DNA of 64,000 bases, from assembly GCA_965202585.1 (NCBI GenBank), contig OZ241830.1, positions 31,930,001 to 31,994,000 on the forward strand, read 5' to 3'. Position numbers and translations under genes: made by a program. Below, piece after piece: positions 25,751-40,619 of this stretch. The DNA is from Thalia democratica (Eukaryota). The stretch's first letter is position 1, and each line of letters begins with the position of its first letter. Below the pieces are notes generated by a model. The model worked only from the letters and a program-made list of their open reading frames with translations, was not told the DNA's origin and did no database searches.

Positions 25751-28700
25751 ATTTTAGTTCAACTGACACTAAGTAATACTTAAAATTAATTTATATAAAA
25801 TTAAGCATGTCAATGAATGAAAATACTGTATTTAAGAACAATTGCAAACACTAACAAATGTATTAAGAACATAATAATTAATAAAATACCTTAAATATGA
25901 CCAAAACGTTTTCACAAAAATTAAATCTAAATTAAATGTGTTTGATGAATGTATAAAATCAAACTAAATTTGACTGCTTAAAGTTTAAATCAAAAATCTA
26001 ATTATAAGAGTTAACGTTGTTAAAATAACTATAAATGAAACAACAAAAACAAATAAAAAGGGTTCTAATGTAGTATACACTGTACAGCCACACTAGAAAC
26101 CATAATTAATTTTTTACTAAATTTATACTTAATGCTGATACTAAATAGTACTTAAGGCTACTTTATATAAAACTAAGCATGACAATGAACTAACATGATA
26201 TGTAAAAGAATAATTGAAAATACTAACAAACATATTAAGAACACTATGCTATAAAAAATACTATAAGTGTGATTAAAACTTTTACACAAGGTTTAATTTA
26301 ACAGAAATATACTCTAAGAATGTACAAAACCAAATTAGATATAATCACTTGAATGTATAACAAAATATTTAAGAAAAGTTACAATGCTAAAAAAATTTTT
26401 CATACAACTTAAGAAAACAATATATCTGTCTATTCTTGAATATCATAATTACTGCAGCAGTTATGGCCAGTATGACTACAGATCCAACTGTTGAGTGTTT
26501 ATATGTGGCTGTAATATAGTGATGCAAACTTGCATCAGTAAACTCGTGACTGCTCTTTATATTCTCCTTATCCAAACTTGCACGAGTATAACAAGTAGCC
26601 TTGTAACTTAACATGTTAAAAGTTCCCGGCTTTTCTGATTTTTCATTGGTTTTATTAAATATTCCAGGTTTACCAAGTTTTTTAGGTTTCTAGGTTTTTT
26701 GGCAATGCTGTATAAATAATAGGAACTATTAAATATTTAAAGAACTCAATAGTAATTATGTATTGTTTAAAATACTCTTAACACTTAAATGATAAACATA
26801 AATAAATAAAAAACATGCAATTCTTAAAAAAGTCTAAAAATAACTTGATTCTAGCAATATTTCTCTATACAAGTTTTAGGTCCTATAAACTTACGTTCTG
26901 GCTGACTGATTTCGTGACACTCAACTTTTAAAAACTTAACACTCATTCAGTTGATGAGAGTATGAAAGATACAATCCATTACAAATTAAACGTTTAAGAT
27001 ACTTTTTGGGAAATGTAAGTTGTAAACAACTGAAAATTGTACAAAATAATGATAAAAAAACATGCGACACAAGCATTTGTAAAACATGGTATAGGACTGT
27101 TAAGTGTTGAAGAATAAATGCTTAAATCTTGCGCAAAATAGTGAACTGCTTCCTATTTCGAATAGACTTTCGTTAATGATTCATTTTTACGACTTCATTG
27201 TAAGTTATAATTAAAAGCTAGTTAAAGATGTTGTGAAAGTGCTAATTTATTCAACGTTTTTAATCTTTTGCTTGTTTGTGTGGGATTCAGTCTTTAAAAT
27301 TACATATAATTTTTCTTTTGGAAAAGCAAGCATTTAAAAGTTACAGAGTATAAAAAGTAAACTTTTATAAATGCTAAGAATACCGTTTTATAAACTATGT
27401 TTAAATTGATCAATATTTACTAGTCTAAAATCAGTAACTTCTCTATCTTTATAACATACTTCTTTTCTCAAAAGCAATAGTATAAAAATTTCTTTAGATA
27501 TATTAAAAGTTTTTAAAATAAATTTTATCTTACGCCAACTTACACTTTTTTTACTTTAATGTTTTATGATGTAAATACTTAGGTTTTTTAAGTTTTTCTT
27601 AAAGCCATTTCCAGAAGTTATATAATAAATAAACTTTGTTTAAGTTTCTGAAACAAAAATATAACAATGATACTTTTGAAAGTACCAAAATGACAGTGCG
27701 TTAGTAGTAAATTTCCGTAAATTCGTAGTATGATTTTAAGTAGCCTACTGCACTAAACCTTAACTAATTTGTGCATCTTTAAATTATCTACATTTTGCTA
27801 TAAAATTCATTTGTTTTTGTTAGAAAGTTTAAAGATTTTAATTAACAAGCAAAACTGCTAAAGTAAGTAAATTTAGAGTTTAAAAAGTTTCCTTGAGTAG
27901 TTAAAACTTGTTTTCTTCTTTTTTTTTAGAGGTTCTACGAGATCCAAAACAAAAACAGTGCAACCACCCATACATTTTACATACTTGTATGGAAATCTAA
28001 CATAAGTATAAACTGCTACACACTGAAATTCTAAAAAGGTAAGCTAGTATAGCAGTTAGCTTAAAAAACTTGATTCTGAATATGTTTGCAAGTCATAAAC
28101 TATAATTTAACAAAGGTTTACTAGATGTTAATGATAGAATTAAATGGAAAGAAAAAAGCAAAAAATGTTGATAAATTTTTATGGAGTGTTTTTATTTCAA
28201 TTTGTATTCTAACTTTAATATTATTGCTAAGTTTTAAACTAAAGAATAGCTATTTTTTAACTATAGAATATGTTATGTGAACAACAGTTGTTAGATTTGC
28301 TAAGAATAAGCCGAAAAAACTACTCGAGCGTGATACTTTAACTTTAAAATGAGTGATAAGAATTCTTTGTTTCAGGATTTTAAGAAACGCTGCATGAAGT
28401 TAAATGCTGCATAAAGTTAAAACTTTTAATTTGCGTAGGTTATTTTAATTCTTATATTTTATAATTTTGACTAAAGTTCTTCGTTATATACCAAGGATAA
28501 AAAATCCAGAAACTTAAAAGACCAGAAATACTTCCTTTGAAGCAACAAGATAAATTTCAATATTAATCTTTACATACTGCTAGTTAAACTTATTTCATTG
28601 TTAGCGGTGTTTATTTTTGAGGGCTTATTGTTGGTAGTTTTATTGACTATGTGTAAGCAGAGCTCAATCGGTCTGAGTTGATGATTGTTTTTTCTATATT

Positions 28701-30228
28701 TAGTTTTTTTATGTTAATTAATATAGTTTAATACTTAAGTTTCATCTGCAATGACAGTGTGGGTACCCACATTGTGAAACATTGTGCTATTTTTTGCTTC
28801 ATTACAAATTAACTTTTTAATGTCACATATTTGGCTAGTAAGCTTTAAATTGTTTTTCAAAATCTAAAATATGTAACTAACTTTTATATTGTATCTATAA
28901 TAAAGTTTAATTTTCTAAAACAAACTTTTGTTATTTACTTTTGATTGAAATCAGAAATTTCGTAAGTTTTAATGCGACCAGTTGTTGAAATTTTTTTATA
29001 AAAGTTACATGGAACACCGTTCATTTTAGGTTGAAAATTAATTCTCTTTACTTGCTTTACTTTCAAAAACTTAGTTGTGTTTTTAGTGCAATTAAAAAAA
29101 AACTCAGGCTCGCACAACTCAAAAATTAAAATAAAACCTCACTTATATTTTCTCAGACTAGAGTACACGTATTAAAGAAATGTTCAAAATTTTTCGAATA
29201 CTTTCATTTAAAAGATACCATATAACAAAAGTTATTTAAGTCAAAACAACTAATGTTATTAATGGATACTATAAAGCAGTTTATGAAAACGATTGTCAGT
29301 TATTTATACAATAGCACTTATATTTCAGTACTTTAGCACTTAAGCCCGCTTGTTTAAATTTCAACAGCAGTTTATCGCGACTATGCCTGCCTGATGAGTC
29401 TTATTAAGTACAAAACCAGTCGTATTTTTTATCGAATGCCTTTTTTGATGGATGTTTTGGAAAATTATCATTTTTTATTGATGGTGAGCAAAATAAATAT
29501 TTGTTAATTGTAAAATGAACGTATTGTAAACAATTGTTTTTAAATTGTAACCAAATCTACAGGCTCATTAATGTGTATGTGTTTTATAGTAATTTAAATA
29601 AACGATCAGACTTACGTTAAAAATTAAAATGTTAACAGTTTAACTTTTAATACTGCTTAAAACTGATCAAATGAGCAAGACTATAATCTCACAATAAGCT
29701 GACAATATCTGAGTCGTTTGGCAGTCACGCTTTTGCTTTGTAGTTTTTCGGACTTTTTTAGGCGGCTTTTTCAATGCGTAAAAGGAACGTCGCATGGGGT
29801 GGCAAACTGAAGCTGTTGTTCCAGCTAGTCAAAACAAAAAATGAAATTAAGTTTCCACTTATATCAGATTTTGTGCTTTTTCTATTGAATCTGATGATGA
29901 ATTTGTTTTGGTTTAAGTTTTAATAATAGACTTATATTAGAATTCTTAATCTTGAGTTATTAGCTTTTAAGACATTTTACGTGTTATTTACCTGTACTAG
30001 AAATATAATTAGTCATAACTTGCTATTTCAGGTTAAAAACGTTTCGGCAAAAATATTCTGTTATTAATATTGATTAGTCTTTTTACTTATAAAAATAGAA
30101 CGACTAATTTTTTTTTTAATTACATGTTTTTTTAAATTTGACGAAAATTTACTTTATTAACTTTAAAAACTTACTTTAAAATTGCGACAACAAAAATGCA
30201 AATAATTAAATGTCAACAGTCAAAGTTA

Positions 30229-32579
30229 TTAAGTTTTTGGTAATTTTATGCAAGAAAAATGATAAAAAAGTTTCTTCACTTCACATGGAATTTTTAACCA
30301 TTCTTCTTTTTGAACATCATATTTGTGGACAATAGATGAAACCGAAGTTTCAATTGCGAAAAAACTATCACCCACTGCTATAGCAGTAAAAATTCCGCGA
30401 GGAATTGGGGATTTTACAGCTACAAACTTATTAACAACATTGTCTAGAACTTCGCACCTATGATGACCGTTTCCCCCAACTGCAAACAGCCTGTTGTTAA
30501 CATCAACTAAACTTTGGCCTGCTTTACTCGATAACATGTTTGGCATTTGTTTCCAAGTGTTTCCAAACGCATCGTAAGACTCCGTAGTGTTTTGAGTTTT
30601 GTAGTCTACACCCCTACCACCAGAGATTACAATATTTCCCTTGAAATTTGTGCAAGCTGCAAAACATCGTACCTGGTTCATTCCGGCAACTTCCTTCCAT
30701 GAGCAGTTTTTTGTGTCAAATTGAAAGCAAGAACTAAATTTATTTGTAACGTTCTCAAATCTTGTCATACCTCCGAGAATATATATTTTATGCATAAATG
30801 CACACGCACTAAAACCAAAACGACCATCAAACATGTCAGTCACTTTGCTCCACGTGTTAGTGTGAGGAGAATATTTGTCTACAGACATTATCCATTCAAG
30901 GTTTGAATCATAGCCTCCAAAAAAATAAACTTCACCTTTTAAACTAACTGCTGTAGAAGAGCTTCGACCATTTTTTGTGCAAGAAATACTACTTGAAGTT
31001 TTTAAGCTATTGACATCTAAATGTCTAATATTTTCATCTAAGCTGCTTGAAATTCTTTCTCTACCCCCAAAAGTAAATACTACAAAATCATCCTGCTTAC
31101 AATATCTACGTCTTTGAATCAATCTACAATGCTCTTTTCTGCTTTGTAATGCTTCATATAATATATCAGTACATTCGTGTACTTCTGAAAATGATGATTG
31201 TTGTTCTAGAAGATATTTTAAAGCATCATCTGTTAACAAATTAAGCCGGACTTTCAATAACAAGTCTTTTGCAAATTTGCTGCGTTCTTCAAAACTGTGG
31301 CTTACCCATCTTTCAGCAGCAAGATAAACTTCAAGTTCTGATGTGATTACCAATTCTGAACTTGTAAGTATTTTTGAAACTTGGATTATGTCTAACTCTA
31401 AAAAGCTTTTAGTTTCAACGAGAGTTGTAAACCAACGCTCTATGTAGCTTAAAATTGTCTTAATAAAACTTAATAGGTTAAAAGCTTTTGTAAGTTGTAG
31501 ATAAGTTATAACATTCTGATAAGTCATGTTTTTTTCAAAAAGTATGCACAACTCATTTTGCACATTTTCCGTAAGAAAAAGTTTATTCAATCGTAAAAAG
31601 CAACATAGTTTATCTTTGTCTAGTTTCCCGTCAGCTGAAAATTGAAATTAGTTAGACCACTTTTTGTTATAACTAAGCGATAAAATTAACTTAGTTTATT
31701 TTAGGAATGAAAAAAATGTATGCAGCCTTAAACATAAAAGATGCATTTGAAGCTAAAAAAATTTATTGCTGAAAAGTGTTTAAACGGTAAGTAACTATAA
31801 AAAAATAAATCTAGTTTTTGTACATAATTAGAAAGAACTTGTTTTCTTGTGTTTAAAACTTATTTTTGTTTGTTAAACTAGTTCAGAATTTATGTAAGTT
31901 TAAATAAAACACGTGTTTACTACAGAAAATATATAAACAATTGCTCAAAAATAAGTAATTTTGTATTATTTTTATCAAAATCACTCTTTATGGAAACTAT
32001 CTGTAAAAAATTCTCATATACAAAAACATATTTAGTCAGCAAAAGAGGTAAAAAATGGACTTTTGTATAAATAATTCGAGAATTTATGCGAGCTTTGATT
32101 TAAAAAAAAAATTGAAATATTTTTCAAAACTGTCGCATTTAAACTTACATAACTTCTGTAATAAACAGAAAAAAAAAAAACAGTTTTGAACTATTCTAAT
32201 TAGCAATAAAGTAAATTACCGCTATAACATATAAAAAACTGATTATATATCAAAAAAATATTTATGGTTTAACACAGTTAGTTAATTGAAAAGATTATTT
32301 TAACTCAAATAACTATATTAGTTAAACATTTTACAAAGTTGTATAAAAACTTTGTTAGAAAATCAATAGCATTTACATACCTTCTTGAGCATAAGTAATA
32401 AACTTCTTTAAATTTTTCTCTTCAGACATTTTTGCAATATTTTCAATACATTTATTTACAAAGCTAACATCCATAAAAGTTTTATAATTTGAACTGTAGT
32501 CTGGATGAGGATCTTTAAGTTCTATTTTGCTTTTCTTTTGGTGAATTTCTACTAACATGGTTTTGTTTTGTTGTTTCAT
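30229..32579 (-). CDS. Two-exon kelch-like protein: truncated/degenerate BTB, BACK, Kelch repeats (exon 1 32381-32579, exon 2 30229-31634)
   Basis: BACK motif SELEVYLAAERWV..RLNLL and Kelch GG/Y/W repeats (YFFGGY, YILGG, VISGG, FAVGG). Donor GAAG|GTATGT at 32381/32380 and acceptor TTTTCAG|CT at 31635/31634 are both phase 1 and join the two ORFs in frame across a 746-bp intron. Confidence 0.85.
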
Positions 32580-32999
32580 TTTGTTGAGCTAAAAAAGTTT
32601 TTTTTTAATTTTAGACTAACTTAATTTTATTAATAAAAAAGAAAATTGAGAAGTTATACAAACAATATCAAAAATTTATTTAAATACTATAAAACGGTTC
32701 ATTTAAAGTGTTTAAAATTCATACATTTAACAAAACTTTTAAATTAGCAAATATCCAAACAGTTAATTAAGCATGACATTCTACATTTAAACAAGTAAGT
32801 ACTTATCAAGTATTTATATCTTTTTAATTTATACTCTTGCAACTGTCCCTTTATGTACTTTCTTTTATAATTCAGTTTAAAAAGTGTGTCCCTTAATTGT
32901 ACAAAAGTATTTAAAAAAACATTTAGATTGTACAATTTTTAAAGCTATTTTTTGTTTAAATTAAGAAAATTTATAATAGAAACATTTTTAGAACTTTTA

Positions 33000-35900
33000 A
33001 AGGGTAGTAGCCATTTTTGTTTGATTATTGTTAATTTTCTGAAGTAGCTTTTAATAAAACACTTAAATAGTCATGTAAGTTTCTATGAATACAGTATAAA
33101 GAAAAAAACAAGATGTTTTTTTCTTTTCTTTCTTTTTCTTTTAAACAATGCAATTTAATTATTTAACTTGTTAATATAACGTTCAAAGTTTTGTTTTTAA
33201 ATTTCAGTAATAAAAACTTTAAGTTTTTTTAGTCCTTTTTATAAAATACTATTTTCTTGTTGTTTTATAAGCTTTTCTTTAATTTCATAAACAGTGTTCA
33301 TCTTAGCTTACTTGAATAAGTTAGCAATCCAAAAAAAAATATCAAATTCATTTAGTTTAAATAAAAAAATGTTAACTTTTTGCTAAAAATATGATGTAGT
33401 ATAAAACAAAACATAACTTAAAAAATTAGTACTGTAACACATTAAGCTGACTTATGTTTTTTTTGGAATGCAGCTAATATCAATAGACATTAAATGTTAA
33501 TTAAAACTTTAAAACAAAATAAGTTAAAACTTACATACAAAAACAAAAATAAAAAAAGTTAAGCATCTAGAATTTGATAATGTTCCAGATAGCTAGGATA
33601 AACTATTTGTTTTTCAATATTTTTACTACAAAAGCAATTCAAAGTTTGCAAACAAAAATTAAATAAAAAACCTAGACAATTTAAATTAGTAAACTGAAAC
33701 AGAAAATGATTTAAAACATAAAACTATAAAATTTCAAAACAACTTAAAAATATAAATTGACACATTAAATTTTAAAATAGCACTTGCATTATTAAAGGAA
33801 CTATATTAATTAACTAACACAAGTTCTTTTAAGCTCAACATAAATAAGAAGAAAGTATGAAAACTTCAAAATATTAAAACTTTAGTTATAGAAGTTTTGA
33901 TAATATTATCAGAATGTTTAGTTTATAATAATCAAAACTATTAGAAAAAAATGTCGTGCTAAAATTTTTTGGTGTCTGCTTTGATTAATCCAATATTTCA
34001 ATTGCTATATAATTATTATATATTTTTAAGCAAAATTCAAAATATTGAAATTAATAGTAAAACTGCTAATATTTTCTAATTTACCTTTTTTCTTAAATGT
34101 ACTAATTTGGCTTTAAACAGTTTTGCACCTAAAAAAATTTTTTAAACATTCAACGAATCTATATCAAAAGTATCAGATAGGTAAGAAAAATCAAATCTTT
34201 GTATGTGTTTAAGTAAGATGTAAGGAATGTATGTTGGTACACTTAACTTTTTAGTACTACTAATCATAATCAAATCCGACGATTTTTAATTACTATTTTA
34301 TAAATACTAAATGCTCTTTTAGTCTACTTTATATAATTAAACAACACAAATTGAGTAGTTTATCTATTACAACAAAAGAGCCACACAACTCTGTCTAATA
34401 ATATAAGTTAACTTTTAATAAAAATAACTTAATAATAACTCAAGTTTAATTGTAAATTACTTTAAATCTTTAAATATTGTTAACTATAAAGTATCTAAAG
34501 AACTCTAAAACAATAACGTATAGTTAAAAAAACTGTTAAACTTAAATAATAAACATACAAAAATAAATAGCATTCAAATCTAAAAAGGTTTAATAAAAAC
34601 TTGAATCTAGCAATGTATCAATAAAGGCTCTAGTTTTTATCAACAACAATCATTATATTAATGATAACATTGCCTTAAGTACTTGCGTTCTGGTTGACTA
34701 ATTTTGTGACACTCACTATTTAAACAATCAACACTTATACAGTGAAAATTCATATGAAAGATGCATTTCATTACAAAGAAAACGTTAAAGGCAATTTTTG
34801 GAGAAATATAAGTTATAAACAACTAAAAATAATTTGAATAATGATAAAAACACAAGTGACACAAGTACTTGTAAATATTCTTTCTGCTTGCGAAGTATTA
34901 AAAAAGAAAAGCACGAGTTTATAAGTACCCTACTATAGTTTTAATATTTTTTTGATTAATTTTCTGTTAATATTAAGTGGCCATTGTCTAGGTAAGGCAA
35001 CTCAGTATGATATTTTAAATAAAAATGAAGAAAATTGCAATTCAAATAATAACGGTGATACAATAACTTTTAAGTTGTAGGTCTCTTTCATATTCTCTAC
35101 AATACTATAGTTTCAATTTTTCATTAGGTTCAGTTTCATGTACATGATCTTCTTCTACAAAATCTTCATCAAGAAATGTTTTTTTTTAACAAACTAAAAA
35201 TCTTAAGGGTTTTGTATCCTATTTGAATAGATTATGTTTAGTTATTTCTGTCTAACAAATAGTTTATTTTTTAAGCTCATAAAAGAAAGCATAATGACTA
35301 ATTTTTTACATCATTATATTAATAATTTTAAATCTCTCAATTTTATAAACAGTTTTATTAAAGTAGTTTAAATTTTTTCAAATATTCAGACTTTTAAAGT
35401 TATATAAAGCCTAACAATTACATAAGCATGAATTTCTACGTTTAAACAGGTAAATGATTATTTAGTATTTTTAATTTTTTTTGTTTACGAACTTTTAGCA
35501 ACTCTGCCCTCGTATTTTTTTTTAATGCAGTTTAAGAAGTTTATTACTTAATTATATAAAAATGTATAACAAATATTAAGTACCACTTATAAATCCGTAA
35601 ATACGTAAAAAGTACAAGAAGTTTTTAAGACAGAAGCGTATTTGGAACTTTAAAAATGTAGCAGCCATCTTTTGTTTAATAATGGTTAACTTTCTGAAGT
35701 AGCTTTTAATAAAATACTTTCAAAATTGATGAAAGTTTTTATGCGAACAGTATAACGAAAAAAAATAGAAATAAAGAAAGAAACATATCACTTCTTTTTT
35801 ATTTTATTTTTCTTTTAAACAGTAGATAACAAGTCTTGAACTTGTTTAATATAACGTACAAAGGTTTTTTTTTATTAAGTAGTAACAAGTTCTATTTTTT

Positions 35901-37830
35901 TTAGTCCTTTATCTTTAATACTGTTTTCTTGTTTTTATCAATTTTTTTTTAATTTCATAAAGTGGGCCTAGTTTATCTAAAACCATTTAAATAAGTTTGT
36001 AACATTTAATTCATTTTGTTTAAATATATAAAATTTAACTATTTCAGGGTTGCCAAACTTCAAAATCTGAAAAACCTTGAACTTTTACTACTTAGGCTAA
36101 AAAACCTGGAAAAACCAAAAATTTGAAAAATTAAAAAAAAAACTGGAAAATCTTAGAATTTAAAACAAGATTTACATGTTAAATAGAAAAATTTTGATAT
36201 AGCACAAAAATTCTACCATTTAAATAAAAAGATTTGTCATCATCATATTTTTTTTTTTGGTTAAAAAAAACATTTTAAGTAGCTTTACAATACTTTTACA
36301 ATGTTTTCATACTGTTTAACCTTGTTTTTTTACCTTAAACTTAACTGTAAACTAAAAATAGACCAAAAAATGTGTACTTTAAAAAACCTTGGGGAAATTT
36401 CCCAAAAACATTTGGCAACCCTGCAATTTGCTAAAACTAAAACCTGGAAGAAATTTTAAAAATCTGGAGAAACTTTTGGCGCAATTTTGATTTTTTCTAA
36501 AACTATGATGTAGCTCAAAAAAAAAGTTTAAAAATGACTAATAAAAACAATTAAGCTAAGTTATCTTCATTTAGTAAGCAGCTATTACCAATAATCATTA
36601 TTTATTGGTTAAAACTATAAAACAAAACAAGTTTATAGTTAGAGACAAAAGAAAAAATAAAAATATTAGACATATACAACTTGTCAATTTTGTAGATAGT
36701 TAGGATACGTTATTTGTTTATCAAATGTTTTATTACAAAAACAGTTTTAAGTATTCAAACAAGAATAAAGTAAGAAATTTAGGTAGCTTAAAGTAAGTAG
36801 ATTAAAGTTTTTGAAACCAACATGAAACTTAAAACTATAAAACTTCAAAACAGTTGAAGTTTACACAATTATGATTAAAACAGCACTTGCATTATTAAAA
36901 TAACATTAAAGATAGACTAAAACTATGTTTTTTAATCTAAACATCAATTAGAAGAAATTAGTGAAATATTACTACATTGAAGTTGTGGTAGTATAAGTTG
37001 AAATGAAGTGTTCAGACCTTTAGGCTAAAATAGTCAAATCTAGAAGTAAAAACAAAATAGAAAGTATTATGCTAAAAGTATGAGGTAGTCTGGTTTCATA
37101 AAATCAAGATTCAATTATTAATATAAATTAACTTTAAACACTTTTGCAACTATAATACTTTAAACGTTTAATAACTAAATTCTAGAAATATAAAATAGAT
37201 TAAAAAAATAAACATTTTGTATGTATTTCAGTGATAAAAGGTATGTCTGTTGGAACACTTAACTTATTGGTACTGCTGTTAATAATTAAATGGTGTCTTA
37301 TTTAATTGCTACACTATAATCACTTAGTTTTTTTTAGTCTACTTTAAATAAATTAGACAACACAAATTAAGTAATATGTGTACTAGAAAATAGAACCAAC
37401 AAAACACTATTAAAACAACAATATATCAAAATATAAATTACTTTTATAAATAACGTGGAATAAACGAAACTTGTTAACAATTCAATTTTAAGTGAAAAGT
37501 ACTTTGAGCTATAAATTATGTGAACTATAAACTATTTAAAGAACTCTAAAACAGTTAAGTCTTGTTTTGAAATAATCTTAAAACTTGAATTATAAGCACA
37601 CAAAAGTAAATAATAAGCTATTCTAAAAAAGGTCTAATAATAACTTGAGTCTAGCAGTATCTCAATACAAGCTATATGGTCTATAAACAACAGTCACCAT
37701 AATAACATCTTTGCCTGAGATACTTAAGTTCTGGTTGAATGGTTTTGTGACACTCAACATTTATAATATAGTTTTGGGGCCAAACGTGACCAGTGAAATC
37801 TAGCATACAAAAAAAGATATAGATGGATAT
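33000..37830 (+). repeat. Old tandem duplication (33000-34880 vs 35660-37830) of decayed coding-like blocks G/D/F
   Basis: Shared blocks in the same order: ttctgaagtagcttttaataaaa, gatag.taggata, cagcacttgcattattaaa, aagaactctaaaaca, cttga.tctagca, gttctggttga..tttgtgacactca. Partial copies at 9500-9900 and 26800-27110. Confidence 0.75.
36045..36423. mobile_element. hAT-type MITE, TIR CAGGGTTGCCAAA
   Basis: 13-bp perfect TIR with internal aaaacctggaa repeats. It is absent at the paralogous site (~33375). The TSD is not clean. Confidence 0.75.
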
Positions 37831-38639
37831 AATGTTTTTTGTTCTAAAGAGAAGATCTGCTGAATTCAAGGAGCGTGGCTCTAGTCAAGGATAACCATCT
37901 AAATAAGTTTGTTTGATTACATAATTTCTTCAAGTAAAGATTTATTTTTCTTTGAACTTCCAATATTAACATGTATAAAACTTGATTAAACATCAAGCTT
38001 TTGCCTACTAAGTTTTCAAAATTAAAGTTACGACAATTTAGTATATTAAAAAATTGTTGACGTGGCCACATCTTAGATAGTTTTTTATATTTAAAAAACT
38101 CAGGTAGACAAAAACAATGTTTTTTGAGTTATGTCTAACGAACGTTTTAAACTTTTATAAATTTACTTTGGGTAATTAATTTATCTTCTTCTATAGTTTA
38201 GCTAAACAGACCTTCAAGACCTTTTTTTTTCTGTATAGCCTTTTGAGCAATGGTATTCTAACTTTGTTTTAAGAACTTGAACTTTCATAAAACTGTTGGA
38301 ATTTGCAATTAGGGTTTTATTAAATAATAAGTTATTATAAATGATTTGTTATTGTATATTTAGTAGTATTATTATTTTTCGAGTTTATTGTGCGAAGATG
38401 GACTCAGGCATTAAAACCTGAGCCGCATAAACATTACGATTAAAAAAAAGAAAAAAACAAATTACATTCAATGAAAATTCAAATCTAAACATAACATAGT
38501 AAAAAAATTACAAACAAATAGTCGTGTATGATAAATAATAACTTAGTATGCACGAAAAACAAAACGGAATAAGTTCTCATATAAAAACTTATGCATAGTC
38601 TATAAAAGATTACACATTTACAAAAATTATATTTAACAA

Positions 38640-39950
38640 CTTATAATCTGTAGGCGGAAGAAGGCGTAGGGAAGAAAAATTATTCTTAGTGATATTAATA
38701 TTTTACATTGAATTTTTATTTGTTCATCATTGTATTTTACTTGTGTTTATACTATTCAAATCAATTTTTCTTAGTTTTTATCGAAATTGTTCCACCCTCC
38801 CACACGAAACCACATCCTGCGATAACCTGTTCCACATATTTATTGTTCTGCTGAAAAAAGAATTTTGCCACTGACTGTTATTAAAATTATATTTACATTT
38901 CATTTTTTTATCATTTCCTCTTAAATTATAATTGGTTTGAGAAAAAACAAAAAAACTGATTGAAAAATTCTTTATATTTACCATTAACAATTTTAAAAAG
39001 TGTTATCAAGTCAAACTGCCATCTTCTATACTCTAGAGACTCAAATCTGAGTTTCACCAATCTATCTTTGTATGAGGTATTTAAAATGTTGCATCTATTA
39101 CAAACAAAACGGGTAAAATTTCTCTGCAATCAAATCTAAGATTTGACTCAATCATAATAATGTCTTTTTTAAATAGGGTGACCATATTGGGGTATTGTAT
39201 TCGAGTTTAGGGTGAACGAAGACTTTAAATAATTTAGTAAGAATACTAGCAGAACTGGTTTAAAACTTTTAAGTATTTAGTATGATGAGTTTTGAGCAAT
39301 TTTATATAAATAACTTACATGCTCGTTCTATTTTAGATTTTCAGATATACGTATTCCTAAGTCTTTAAAAATCTTACTGCTGGTATTTTAGTTCTATTAA
39401 TTAAAAGGTTAAAAGGGAAGATTTTTTTTTATTGTTGGTAAGAGTTTGGATTTTTTTTGGGATTTATATCAAGTTTTCTTGTTTTTAGCCATTCATGAAT
39501 ATTATCTAACGTTATTTGTAAAAAACTTTCTGATTTGCTAAATACTTTTGCAACATCTGCAAATAGACTTATTTTGGTTTGAATGTGAGTATTAAAAGTG
39601 ATATCGTTGATGTAAATTAAAAAAAGAAGAAGACCAATGACTCCACCTTGTGGTATTCAACAGTGAATTTTCGGAGGATCTGATAATGTGTTGTTAACGA
39701 GTACACTTTGTGTCCTATTATTTAAAAATTCGCTTAACCAATTCACTAAGTTATCATCAAAACCATATTGAGTCATAATTTTTTTAAATCTAATGTGTGA
39801 CATAGAGTCAAAAGCTTTTTTGATGCAGTATACACCATCGTGACTGATTCATTGTTCAAGTATTTTTTTAGCCAAGTATGTAAACATGTCAATAGTTGAT
39901 TTCCCTGGGGAAGAAAGTCAAGTTGTTTTGGTGTAAATAAATTAAAGTCG
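38640..39950 (-). mobile_element. Decayed non-LTR retrotransposon (CR1/L2-type RT, 3' part)
   Basis: Minus-strand fragments KAFDS (~39810), IPQGGVIGLLLFLIYIND (39603-39657), LFADV (~39560), QRNFTR..SYKDRL..LESLEYRR..DLI..FKI and FFSRTINMWNRL. Stops and frameshifts are present. Confidence 0.85.
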
Positions 39951-40619
39951 AAGAGGTGTGATATTTTTTGAATAGTTTTTTTTTTCTTGGTTTTCTAAAA
40001 TATCTACTATTTGGTGCTGTAAGAAACTTGCATTAAGTAAACTTGTTACGAAACTATAATTAATTTATTGCAATCAAAACAAATTTAATTTTTGAAATTT
40101 CAAAAGAAAAAAAATAATACATATGATGTTACTAAATGTTTAAAACTTTTAAAACTAACTATCTAAAACCTTTTAGTTTATCTAAAGTTTTTTTTTTTCA
40201 ATTGGTTAACAAGCTACCTTTTTATGTTTCCTTTACAAAAAAATGTTTACATAATAAAAAAGTCATTATTTATGTAGAGTGTTAAATATTTTAGGTGCAC
40301 AAAAGTATTGTTATACTTTAGTTTAAAAATAGAACTGTATCTGTCTTTTAATCAAGTTTTTCACGATTCTTTTGAATATACTTGTAATACAACTTAATTT
40401 ATCATAAACCTTACACTAACTTAAATTCATACAATGTTTTGTTTTTAACTCTAGAGCAAATAAAAGTATCTATTATGATTGAAATTACAATTTAACAAGG
40501 TATACTAAACTTGTATTTTATTGCTAAATTTATTCAAGTTTTAAACTTTAATAACTTTTGTAGTTATTTAACATACTAGATATGTAACTTAGTAGACCTT
40601 TCATTGTTACATTCTAGTG

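Noticed and set aside
28758-28771. 14-bp perfect palindrome tgtgggtacccaca
   Set aside because: Isolated, with no supporting context.
28935-29830. GC-richer patches with coding-like fragments (also 17500-17800, 34950-35180, 46600-46830)
   Set aside because: Multiple stops and no motif I can recognise; they need TBLASTX against TE and protein databases before any call.
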